Shown here: positions 1 through 8,576 of the stretch, in pieces
Layout: each line of letters starts with the position of its first letter
How positions within the stretch are numbered: the first letter of the stretch is position 1
NCBI GenBank assembly: GCA_040375265.1
Contig: JBEISV010000003.1
Location: forward strand, 1 to 41,468
Direction: 5' to 3'
DNA length: 41,468 bases
From: Verrucomicrobiales bacterium
GTDB lineage: Bacteria; Verrucomicrobiota; Verrucomicrobiia; Limisphaerales; UBA9464
Notes under the pieces: generated by a model
Told to the model about the DNA's origin: nothing
The model's input: only the letters and a program-made list of their open reading frames with translations
Database searches by the model: none
Made by a program: the position numbers and the translations under genes

Positions 1-54
1 CCGGCCGGTCAATCTTTGCCCCGAGAAAGCACGTTCGACTCCAATTACTACTCA

Positions 55-657
55 ATGAAACTCCGGACTTACTCCCCGCACCGCCAGGCATTCACCCTGA
101 TTGAAATCATTGGTGTGCTGGCAATCATCGCCCTGCTGGCCTCGCTGCTGGTGCCCCGCGTTTTTTCCGCGATCAACGACGCCCGCGTTAACAGCACCGT
201 GCTGAACTGCAATGCGGTCAAGTCGGCGGCGATGCTCTATTTCGGCAAGTATGGCAAGTTCGGCGGGGCTGCGGGCGGAACCCTGACGGCGACCGACCAA
301 GCGGCTTGGGACTCGACGGTGCTGATTGCCGAAGGATTTCTGGAAAAGCCGTTCGAAACCAAGCTCGGCGTCACTCCGCAGGTTGTCGTCTCCACCCCGG
401 TTCCGACCACCAATGCGCCGACGGCGGCGAATTCCGCCTTCGACCTGGATGGCAACGCCAGCAATGACGTGAATCTCGGCAATAACATCGTGGAAGTCGT
501 CTTTGCCGGCGTGGCCTTGGACGACGCGCGGGAACTCAGCCTCCGGATTGACGGGGACACGCTCACCGAGGCGAAGGGGGCCGCCACGGCGGACATTCGT
601 GGCCGGGTCAAATACTCCGAAACGGGCGTGGTTCGGGTCTACATCGCCCACAAGTAG
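55..657 (+). CDS. Type IV pilin / pseudopilin, probable major subunit
   Basis: ATG at 55. Class III signal RQA|FTLIEIIGVLAIIALLASLLVP with Glu at +5. About 200 aa. First gene of the operon. Confidence 0.88.
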   Translation: MKLRTYSPHRQAFTLIEIIGVLAIIALLASLLVPRVFSAINDARVNSTVLNCNAVKSAAMLYFGKYGKFGGAAGGTLTATDQAAWDSTVLIAEGFLEKPFETKLGVTPQVVVSTPVPTTNAPTAANSAFDLDGNASNDVNLGNNIVEVVFAGVALDDARELSLRIDGDTLTEAKGAATADIRGRVKYSETGVVRVYIAHK

Positions 658-709
658 CCCGTCGGCCCCGGCTGACGCCTCGCTTTTCGTTTCCGCGATA
701 TCACACCTC

Positions 710-2431
710 ATGGCCAACCTGCGAACTTCCACCTCCGCGTCCGGCTTGGAAGCCCGGCTCCTGGCGCTGGGCCTGCTGAATGCCACGCAGCTCGAACTCG
801 CCCAGCGCGAGGCCCGGCGGCTGGGCAATCCCCTTGCGGGGGTGGTGGTTGAACTCGGGTTCGTGACCGCGGAAACCGTGGCCCGGGTGTTGGCGGGATT
901 GGCCAATGTCAGCTACCTGGACCTGGCCGCCTGCGCGGTGGATCGGTCGGCCGTCGAACTGGTGCCGCGCGAACTTTGCCGACGCTACCGGGCGGTGCCG
1001 GTGGCCCGGCAGGGGGCGGCCCTGACGCTGGCCATCGCGGATCCGCTCGACTTGGCCGCCATCGATGCCTTCCGCCAAAAGAGCGGCCTGGAAATCGACG
1101 TCGTCGTCTCGCTGGAGCGGGACCTGCTCAATTATCTGGATCAGCTGGAGGCCGTCCCGCGCACGGTCCAGAACTCCATCGACCGGATCATCGAGGAGCG
1201 AGATTCCGAGGCCCCGCTTCCGCAGGCGATCGTCTCGGATGAAGGCCGGCCGGCCGGCGGAGAAGGCGATGGGCCGGTCATTGAACTGGTCAGCCAGATC
1301 ATATCCCGCGCGGTGGCGAGCGGGGCGAGTGACATCCATCTCGAACCCGAGGAAAAGCTGCTGCGGATCCGCCTCCGGGTCGATGGGCAGTTGCGCCCCG
1401 ATTTCCTGGTGCCGAAGCCCCTGCAGGCCGCGGTGGTGGCCCGGATGAAGGTGCTGGCGGAAATGGATGTCGCCGAGGATCGCGTGCCGCAGGACGGGCG
1501 CGCCACGGTGTTCGTGCATCGGCGGCAGATCAACCTGCGGGTCTCCAGCCTGCCGACCCAGCATGGGGAAAGCGTGGTCGTCCGGATCTTGGACGCAGGC
1601 ACGCCGGTGACCTCGTTGGCGTCGCTTGGCATGGACCCGGCCATGGCCGAAAAACTCCAGGCGGCCATCGCCTCGCCCTACGGCCTGATCATCGTCACGG
1701 GGCCAACTGGCAGTGGCAAGACCACGACACTCTACACCCTGCTGGGACAGCTCGACAGTTCGGAGCAGAGCATCTTCACCCTCGAGGACCCGGTGGAGTT
1801 GCGCCGGCCGGGCCTGCGCCAGACCCAGATCCGGGAAGAGGTCGGGCTGACCTTTGCTTCGGGGCTTCGCGCCCTGCTGCGCCAGGACCCCGACGTGATC
1901 CTGGTGGGGGAAACCCGCGATACGGAAACCGCCCAACTGCTCGTGCGGGCCGCGCTCACCGGGCACCTGGTGTTTTCGACCCTGCATACCAACGACGCGC
2001 CCGGTGCCATCCCGCGTCTCCTCGACATGGGAGTGGAGCCGTATCTCCTGCCCGGCGCCTTGGTGGCCGTGCTGGCCCAGCGCCTTGTCCGCCGGCTCTG
2101 TGTCCATTGCCGGGTGCCGGTGGCCGACCCGGAGCAGGCCTTTGCCGAGGCCGGCCTGGTCCCGCCTCCGGGTGTCCCGTTGCGCCTGTGGCAGCCGGGC
2201 GGATGCGCCGCCTGCCACGGACTGGGGTATCGCGGCCGGCAGGCCATTTTCGAACTCATGGAGGCGGATGATTCCTTCCACCGCCCGATCGTGGACCGCG
2301 CCGGCAGCGACGAATTTGTCCGGCTGGCCCGGGCCGCCGGCATGACTTCGATGTTCGAGGATGGCATCCGGCACGCGCTCTCGGGGACAACCACCTTGAG
2401 CGAACTTCTGCGCGTGGCCCGGCCGGGCTGA
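710..2431 (+). CDS. PilB/GspE/MshE-family assembly ATPase
   Basis: ASDIHLEP, Walker A GPTGSGKTT, TLEDPVE, LRQDPDVILVGETRD, TGHLVFSTLH, tetra-Cys (LCVHC...GCAAC). N-terminal MshEN-like region. ATG at 710. Confidence 0.95.
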   Translation: MANLRTSTSASGLEARLLALGLLNATQLELAQREARRLGNPLAGVVVELGFVTAETVARVLAGLANVSYLDLAACAVDRSAVELVPRELCRRYRAVPVARQGAALTLAIADPLDLAAIDAFRQKSGLEIDVVVSLERDLLNYLDQLEAVPRTVQNSIDRIIEERDSEAPLPQAIVSDEGRPAGGEGDGPVIELVSQIISRAVASGASDIHLEPEEKLLRIRLRVDGQLRPDFLVPKPLQAAVVARMKVLAEMDVAEDRVPQDGRATVFVHRRQINLRVSSLPTQHGESVVVRILDAGTPVTSLASLGMDPAMAEKLQAAIASPYGLIIVTGPTGSGKTTTLYTLLGQLDSSEQSIFTLEDPVELRRPGLRQTQIREEVGLTFASGLRALLRQDPDVILVGETRDTETAQLLVRAALTGHLVFSTLHTNDAPGAIPRLLDMGVEPYLLPGALVAVLAQRLVRRLCVHCRVPVADPEQAFAEAGLVPPPGVPLRLWQPGGCAACHGLGYRGRQAIFELMEADDSFHRPIVDRAGSDEFVRLARAAGMTSMFEDGIRHALSGTTTLSELLRVARPG

Positions 2432-2442
2432 ATCCCCAACCC

Positions 2443-3681
2443 GTGACAAACTACCAATATACGGGCATCGACCAGAAGGGGCGTCCGGTTACCGGCACCA
2501 TGCTGGCCGAGGATCCCGGGACCCTGGAGGTGCGGCTGCGCTCGGCCGACGTCTGGCTGGTCAACGCGTCCCCGGCCATCGCCGTCGCCGTCGCGTCCCC
2601 GGTGGTCCGTCGCCGGGCGCATCGCGCGGTCCGGCTGAGAGGTGGGACCCGCCGGCGCGAACTCATCAGTTTTTGCACCATGATGGAGTTTCTCGCGAAC
2701 GTGGGCATTCCCATGGTGCAGGCGCTCGAGATCACGGCGCAGGACTGCGGGCATCCGGGATTCCGGGGCCTGATCGAGGCGCTGCGCGCGGAAATCCAAG
2801 CCGGCAAGAAGTTGCACGAGGCCATGGAGTCGTTTCCGGGCCTGTTCGGGGCCCATTTTGTGAGCCTGGTGCGCGTGGGCGAGGCCAGCGGTTCGCTGCC
2901 GGAATCCATGGCGGAACTGCGGCGCCACCTGGAGTGGCAGGATCAAATTGCCGCCGATGTCCGCCAGGCGACGCTCTACCCGCTCATCGTCTCGGTGCTG
3001 GTCGGGGCGTTGGTCCTGCTGCTGTTCACCTTCGTCGTGCCCCGGTTTGCCCAGTTGCTGGCCGTGACCAAGGTTCCCCTGCCGGCACCGACCCGGCTCG
3101 TTTTCGGCATCAGTGACCTGCTCAAGTCCACGGCGTGGGCCTGGGTCGCACCGCTGGTGGCAACCCCGTTCGCCGTCGGCCTGGCGCGGCGGTGGTCGCC
3201 CCGATTTGCCCGGGGCTTTGACCGGTTCAAATTTGCCCTGCCGGTCTTCGGTCCGCTGAATCACATGCTGGCCATGTCGCAGCTGGCCCAGAGCCTGGGG
3301 CTGCTCTACCGCTCAGGGGTAACGCTGCTCAACAGCCTGAGGCTGTGCGAGGGCCTGGCCGGCAGCCCGTTGGTGGCGGCCGCCCTGCGGGATGTCCGGG
3401 ACCGCATCGAGGGCGGTGCCACCTTCAGTGAAGCATTGCGCCGGCATGACCTGTTCCCGCCGCTGTTCATCCGGATGGTGGTGCTGGGAGAGCGGACGGG
3501 CAGCTTGGACAAGGCGCTGGAGAACGTGGGTGCCTACTACAACCTCACGGTCCCCCGCCGGATCAAGAAACTGTTCGGCCTGCTCGAACCGTCGCTGATT
3601 CTTGCGCTGGTGTCGGTGGTGGGCTTCGTGGCCCTGGCGGTCCTGATGCCGATCTTCTCCCTGATGCAGGGACTGCGCTGA
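2443..3681 (+). CDS. PilC/GspF/MshG inner-membrane platform protein
   Basis: YQYTGIDQKG start, two T2SSF repeats (GEASGSL; GERTGSL), YP..TM, LLEP..MPIF C-terminal TM. Confidence 0.95.
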   Translation: MTNYQYTGIDQKGRPVTGTMLAEDPGTLEVRLRSADVWLVNASPAIAVAVASPVVRRRAHRAVRLRGGTRRRELISFCTMMEFLANVGIPMVQALEITAQDCGHPGFRGLIEALRAEIQAGKKLHEAMESFPGLFGAHFVSLVRVGEASGSLPESMAELRRHLEWQDQIAADVRQATLYPLIVSVLVGALVLLLFTFVVPRFAQLLAVTKVPLPAPTRLVFGISDLLKSTAWAWVAPLVATPFAVGLARRWSPRFARGFDRFKFALPVFGPLNHMLAMSQLAQSLGLLYRSGVTLLNSLRLCEGLAGSPLVAAALRDVRDRIEGGATFSEALRRHDLFPPLFIRMVVLGERTGSLDKALENVGAYYNLTVPRRIKKLFGLLEPSLILALVSVVGFVALAVLMPIFSLMQGLR

Positions 3682-3685
3682 GACC

Positions 3686-4732
3686 ATGATTTGCCGCAAC
3701 CCTTCGTCCCGTGCCGGCGACCCGCCGGGGTTCACGCTGCTGGAAATGCTGGCCTGTCTCGCGATTGTGGCCTTGCTGCTCGGTGTGGCCGCCCATTCGG
3801 TCATGGGGCGGATGCAGCAGGCCAACCGGGACCACGAGTCGGCGGAACTGGCGAGGATGGTCCGTGCATTGGAGCGCAGCGTGAGCCGAAACTTGGCCGT
3901 GCCGGCGCCGGCCGACTGGGTGGCCGCCGTCGCCGCGGAATTGTCGCAGCCGGCCGTGGTGGTCGCCACCAATCCGCGGGGCGGTCGCCGCGAGCTGCTG
4001 GTGGACCCGCTCTGCCGGCTGGGACCGCAGCCGGGCGATCCGTTGCCCTATGTCCAATCCTCGGCCGGATCGCTGCGCCCCGAGCGCGTGCGATTCCTCC
4101 TGCTGTCCAGCCTCGCGGCGCCGCTGCCGGACCTGGCCGGTGTGGGTTTTGACGCCCTGTGGAACGCCCCGGCCGGAAGGTTTCCCGCCGGCTGGCCTCC
4201 CGGGTGGCCGGGAGTCGCGGCCGACGTGTTGATTGTCCGGCTGGACTTGGAGGCCCAATTCCGGCGGGTGATCTTCAATAATCACGATCTGGTGTCCGCG
4301 AGCCACTCGGTGGGCCCCGCGGCCCCGCTGCCGTTGGCCCGCCTGGCGGGGCGGGAGGCTTGGCTGCTGGCCGGCTCGCGGCTGAACCTGCACTACGCCG
4401 ACGGTTCGTTGCAGGGCTCCGAATTCGTCTTCGAGGATGTCAGCTATTCCTTCGAGGCGGGGCAGTGGAGCCGCGGCATCCGCGAGGGGCGGGGTTTGCC
4501 GGTCAGCTCGACCTTGGTCGGGTTGGCGGAGGCATTCCTCAACACGCCGCTGCCGCCCTCCCGCCTGCGCACCCGGGGCAGCCCACAGTCCATCCTGCAT
4601 TCGTTCCACCTCTTCATGTCCACCTACGCGCTCTGGTCGGCCAACGGTTTTGGCGACGGGGATGCCAATTGGGAAGAGGTGGTGGAGGAACTGCAGGCCG
4701 CGCTTCAGGCCATGGTCTCAATTTCGAACTGA
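3686..4732 (+). CDS. Large minor pilin 1 (prepilin N-methylation motif)
   Basis: PPG|FTLLEMLACLAIVALLLG. 348 aa. Collinear similarity to the next gene. Confidence 0.85.
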   Translation: MICRNPSSRAGDPPGFTLLEMLACLAIVALLLGVAAHSVMGRMQQANRDHESAELARMVRALERSVSRNLAVPAPADWVAAVAAELSQPAVVVATNPRGGRRELLVDPLCRLGPQPGDPLPYVQSSAGSLRPERVRFLLLSSLAAPLPDLAGVGFDALWNAPAGRFPAGWPPGWPGVAADVLIVRLDLEAQFRRVIFNNHDLVSASHSVGPAAPLPLARLAGREAWLLAGSRLNLHYADGSLQGSEFVFEDVSYSFEAGQWSRGIREGRGLPVSSTLVGLAEAFLNTPLPPSRLRTRGSPQSILHSFHLFMSTYALWSANGFGDGDANWEEVVEELQAALQAMVSISN

Positions 4733-4740
4733 ACGAACCC

Positions 4741-5805
4741 ATGAGGCATCGACCGCTGACCCCTGTTTCCCGCCGAACCCGGAGCGCGGCCTTTTCCCTG
4801 CTCGAACTGGTGGGCGTCCTCCTGGTGGTCGCCGTCCTGTCGGCGGCAGCCGTGCCGATGCTGGTGCGGGAAGTGGATGCCGCCGCCCGGGGCCGGGAAC
4901 TGGAGCTGCTGCGCCAACTGGGCGGCAGTCTCGAACGCGCCATCACGCGCCAGGGCTCCATTCCGGGGCCCACCAACTGGGCGGACGTGGCCGGCGGCAC
5001 CGCCGGATTGGCGCCGGAGGACCTGGTGACCAATGCCCGGGGTAACCCGCGCCTGTTCTTGGTGGATCCCCGTTTCCGGGTGGGTCCCCAGGGATCCAAC
5101 GGCCTTCCGTTCACCCAGACCTATCTCGGAACGGCCTCGCCGACCAACACCCGGATCTTGCTGGTGTCGAGCCTGGGACCGGCGCTGCCGGCATCCGTCG
5201 CGGGCGGTTCAGCCCTGGCGGCTGCCGCCTTCGACGCGCTGTGGAACCTGCCGGACCGGACGGTCCCGGGAGAGTGGAATTGGCGGGGAACCGGGGACGA
5301 TCTGATCCTTCACCGCCTGGAGCTACGGACGTTGTTCCAGCCAGTGATCCTCAACGACGGCACGGGGCTCGGCGGCCGGTTTTCGGTCAATGGCTCGAGC
5401 AACTACGCGTTGCCGGCAACGCCGTTTTTCACCCATCTGCTGTCGGGTTCGGTGCTGGGTCTGCACGGCAGCGATGGCAGCGTCCAGTCGCGGGAAATCG
5501 TGGCCGGCCCGGCGTCCTACGCGTTCGAGGCGGGAAGCTGGCGGGCGCGCCTGCTTTCGGCGACGGAGGAAAATGTCCTGGTTGGAATGGATTTGACGGC
5601 CGCCGCAACCGCGTTCACCGGCGCCGCCAGCGCGGGCAACCTGACGTCAGCGGCGGTGTATGCGGCGATGACCAATTGGCTGGGGCGTTACACGGCGTGG
5701 AGTGCGGCCGGCTATCCCTCAAGCGGTCCGGTTTGGGCCGCCTTGGCATCGGCCCGCAATGCGCTCGCCAACGGCACGGCGACTCTGGTGGACAATGCCA
5801 ATTGA
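4741..5805 (+). CDS. Large minor pilin 2 (paralog of previous gene)
   Basis: ATG at 4741. SAA|FSLLELVGVLLVVAVLSAAAVP. About 354 aa. Confidence 0.85.
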   Translation: MRHRPLTPVSRRTRSAAFSLLELVGVLLVVAVLSAAAVPMLVREVDAAARGRELELLRQLGGSLERAITRQGSIPGPTNWADVAGGTAGLAPEDLVTNARGNPRLFLVDPRFRVGPQGSNGLPFTQTYLGTASPTNTRILLVSSLGPALPASVAGGSALAAAAFDALWNLPDRTVPGEWNWRGTGDDLILHRLELRTLFQPVILNDGTGLGGRFSVNGSSNYALPATPFFTHLLSGSVLGLHGSDGSVQSREIVAGPASYAFEAGSWRARLLSATEENVLVGMDLTAAATAFTGAASAGNLTSAAVYAAMTNWLGRYTAWSAAGYPSSGPVWAALASARNALANGTATLVDNAN

Positions 5806-5812
5806 TCCGCCC

Positions 5813-7405
5813 ATGACGAGGCCAGTCCCGGCGCGCCCGTCCCCTCCTCCCTCGTCTCCACCGGCGGGCGCGGCGGTGCTTGCGAAACGCCGCCGCGGAT
5901 CCCATGGCGCCCGCGACCGGACCATGCTGGGAATCAGTTGGCTCAACGGGCAGGTGCGGGCGGTTGCGCGCCGGCGGGGCGTCGAGGGCGGTGGTCCGGA
6001 GGCCGTGCTGGACCGCGTGCACCCGGACGTCTCGCCGGAGGTGCTGCGGCAGGCGGTGGCCCTGACCGGGTTCCAGGGGCGCCACGTGACGATTACCCTC
6101 GCTCACGCCCGGCTGTTGCAATTCCAGGTCGAGGCACCGCCGGCCAAGGGCGCTGTCCTGTCGGCCTACCTGCAGGCCCAGGTCGAGCGACTGAAGAGCT
6201 GGGAGGAACCGGCGGTCTGGACGGCCCAGCGCATGGCCCGGCCACAAGGGGGGGAAGCGATCCTGTTGCACGTGCTGCCGCGTTCACTGCTGGAGCAGGT
6301 GACGGCCGCGTGCGGCGCGGCCGGATTGCGACTGGTGGCGCTGGTCCCGGTGCCCGGAATCATGGCCGGGCAACTGGAGGTTCTGGGCGGCCCGTCGGAT
6401 TCCTTGGTGATGGCGACGGCCGACTTTGGAGGCCTGACTTCAGTGCTGGTGGGCCGCCCGGATGGCCGCCTGCTGACGGTCCGGACCATCGGCGCCGGGT
6501 GGGACGTGCAGCCGGAACGCCTGCTGACCGATCTCCGGCGCACGCTGCTCTACGCGGGCCAGCAGGCGGACGGCGGGGTTGCCGGGATTTGGAATCTGGC
6601 GGCCGGGGTCCCGGAAGCCCTGCAACGGTTGGCTGACGGCCTCAACCTGCGGGCCGAATCGTTCCGGCCGGCCGCCGACGAGTGTTTTTGGGCCCGCGCG
6701 GCGGCCGGTTGGGACCCGGCCCAGGCGCCCAATTTTATCCCGAAGGACCAGTGGGTGGCGGCGCGTTGGCAGGCATTGTCGCGGCTGGCGGTCCTTTTGG
6801 CCGGCCTGCTGGCGCTCATTTCGGGCGCGGCGGCCGCCTATTTCCTCCAGGTGAGCCGTGAGCACCGGAGGATCATTTCCCGGATTGAGACCTCGGCCCT
6901 GGAGTTGCAGGGGACGCACATCGAACTTCGGCGCCTGCAGGACTCCATGGCGGAGTATCGGGCTTCCATCAAAGCCTTGCGCGAGGACGCCCTGCCGCCG
7001 GTCGCGGCTTGGTTCCAGGCATACTTGGCCGAAGCCTGTCCGGCGGAAATTCAACTGACCGGAGCCTCGGTCAGCCGCGAAACCGAGGGTTGGCGCTTTC
7101 GACTCCAAGGGCAGCTCGCGTCCGGTCCGGACGCCTCGGGGCGGCTCGGGGACGCCTTGGTTCAATTGACGGACCGGCTGAGCCAACCTCCTTTGCGGGC
7201 TCAAATCCAAAGCCGGGTGTTTGTGGATCCGACCGGCGCGCGTGAGCCGGACTTTTCCCCCGGGGGCGTGTCCGGCCGTTCGGTTCGGCGTCCCGGAGCG
7301 ACCGCCGGCTGGCGCCCGGAAAAACCCGACCGGGTTCCCTTGGGTGGCCGGCCGACCGAGCTTCCGGAACGGTTGAGTTTCCAACTGGAAGGGTGGATCC
7401 AATGA
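5813..7405 (+). CDS. PilM-PilN (GspL/MshI-like) fusion alignment protein
   Basis: Cytoplasmic domain starting LGISW, single TM LAVLLAGLLALISGAAAAYFL, coiled coil, PilN-like C-terminus (CPAEIQLTGASVSRETEGWRFRLQG). Position in the operon fits. Start uncertain (5795, 5813 or 5924). Confidence 0.7.
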   Translation: MTRPVPARPSPPPSSPPAGAAVLAKRRRGSHGARDRTMLGISWLNGQVRAVARRRGVEGGGPEAVLDRVHPDVSPEVLRQAVALTGFQGRHVTITLAHARLLQFQVEAPPAKGAVLSAYLQAQVERLKSWEEPAVWTAQRMARPQGGEAILLHVLPRSLLEQVTAACGAAGLRLVALVPVPGIMAGQLEVLGGPSDSLVMATADFGGLTSVLVGRPDGRLLTVRTIGAGWDVQPERLLTDLRRTLLYAGQQADGGVAGIWNLAAGVPEALQRLADGLNLRAESFRPAADECFWARAAAGWDPAQAPNFIPKDQWVAARWQALSRLAVLLAGLLALISGAAAAYFLQVSREHRRIISRIETSALELQGTHIELRRLQDSMAEYRASIKALREDALPPVAAWFQAYLAEACPAEIQLTGASVSRETEGWRFRLQGQLASGPDASGRLGDALVQLTDRLSQPPLRAQIQSRVFVDPTGAREPDFSPGGVSGRSVRRPGATAGWRPEKPDRVPLGGRPTELPERLSFQLEGWIQ

Positions 7406-8007
7406 GTTCTCCGCCGATGACTCCTGGCCCTCCGGCGCAGTCGCGCCTGCAGCGCCTGCGCACCTCGCTGGCCGTCGCCACGGCGGTCCTGTCAGCCCTG
7501 CTGCTGCGCTGGAGTTTCCAGCAGCTCGAGGCGGTGAAAGGCAAGGCCCAAGCGGCGAATCAATCCCTCCATGCCCTGGCCCGGGAAACGGATCAATTCC
7601 GCCCCGGCGCCAGCCTGCACGATGCCTCCCAGCTGCTCGAACGACTGAAGATTGAGCAACGCGAACTGTTGTTGCCCGAGTCGAAACTGACCAACTGGCT
7701 CCGGCAACTGGAGCAAAGGGTTGTGGCCGACGGCTATGAGTTGAAAACCCGGCTCGGGCCGGCGACTCCGGTGCCCGATAGTCCGGGCACCGCCACCTGC
7801 CCGCTCCAGCTGGAGGTGACGGCCCTTCGGCCGACGTCAGAAAGAGGGGGCGGCACTTCCTACGATGAGGTGCTGCACCTGTGCCAGCACTGGGTGGAAT
7901 CCCCGGAGCGCATCGATGTGGTCCAGTTGGAATTTCAGGACGGGGGCGAGGCCGGCCTCCTTGCCAGCGTGAAGCTGAATCTTTGGATCGGAAGGAGCCA
8001 GCCGTGA
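7402..8007 (+). CDS. PilO/GspM/MshJ-like protein
   Basis: ATGA overlap with upstream stop. N-terminal TM, coiled coil, C-terminal SYDEVLHLCQHW...RIDVVQLEF pattern of PilO-like folds. Confidence 0.65.
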   Translation: MSSPPMTPGPPAQSRLQRLRTSLAVATAVLSALLLRWSFQQLEAVKGKAQAANQSLHALARETDQFRPGASLHDASQLLERLKIEQRELLLPESKLTNWLRQLEQRVVADGYELKTRLGPATPVPDSPGTATCPLQLEVTALRPTSERGGGTSYDEVLHLCQHWVESPERIDVVQLEFQDGGEAGLLASVKLNLWIGRSQP

Positions 8008-8576
8008 AAGGGCTGCTGAAAAATCCCGTGGTGGTCGCTCTCCTCGTGGCCGGTGCGGTGGCCGCGGCGATCGCCAACTTGGTCGGCCCGCTCCTCCAGC
8101 AACGCCGGCATCGCGCCGTCGCCCCCGGAGCGCCGCGATCGCTGCGGACCAACGAGCTGCCCAGCGCCGGGGCGGAGCTTCCCAACGTCCCGGGCGGGCC
8201 GCCGGAAGTCGCGCGCGCCGCGGCGACTCCGGCGGATCGGGCTTATTTGGGGGCGTGGTTTTCCCAAACGGTGAGACAACCGCGCCGCAATCCGTTCGCT
8301 CGCCCTGTGCGTGACGGGCATGGCCCTGCCGGTGGGCCGGTGGGGCCGGCGCTTGAATTGGAGGCCATTTGGGGGCAGGCGGAAGGCAGGCTCGCCCTCA
8401 TCAACGGGGAAATTTTCGCGGAGGGGGAATCCGTGCGTGGCTTCACGGTGACCTCCATCCTGGACGATCGGGTGGTGGTTCGTGGCCCCAATGGAGCGGA
8501 AGAGGTCCGCTGGAAAACGGAAGCCTCCAACCGCGACCGGCCGGCTCCCCGGACGCCCCCGCCAACTTCACCATGA
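8004..8576 (+). CDS. PilP/MshK-like protein
   Basis: GTGA overlap with AAGGAG RBS. N-terminal TM, RNPF motif, beta domain LEAIWGQAEGRLALINGEIFAEGESVRGFTVTSILDDRVVV. Confidence 0.7.
   Translation: MKGLLKNPVVVALLVAGAVAAAIANLVGPLLQQRRHRAVAPGAPRSLRTNELPSAGAELPNVPGGPPEVARAAATPADRAYLGAWFSQTVRQPRRNPFARPVRDGHGPAGGPVGPALELEAIWGQAEGRLALINGEIFAEGESVRGFTVTSILDDRVVVRGPNGAEEVRWKTEASNRDRPAPRTPPPTSP

Noticed and set aside
16-54. TTG-extended start of the pilin
   Set aside because: ATG at 55 gives a normal short basic leader before the cleavage site.
660-698. Hairpin CGTCGGCC-CC-GGCTGACG after the major pilin
   Set aside because: It could attenuate downstream genes, but the stem is short and the T tract is offset, so it is too weak to call.
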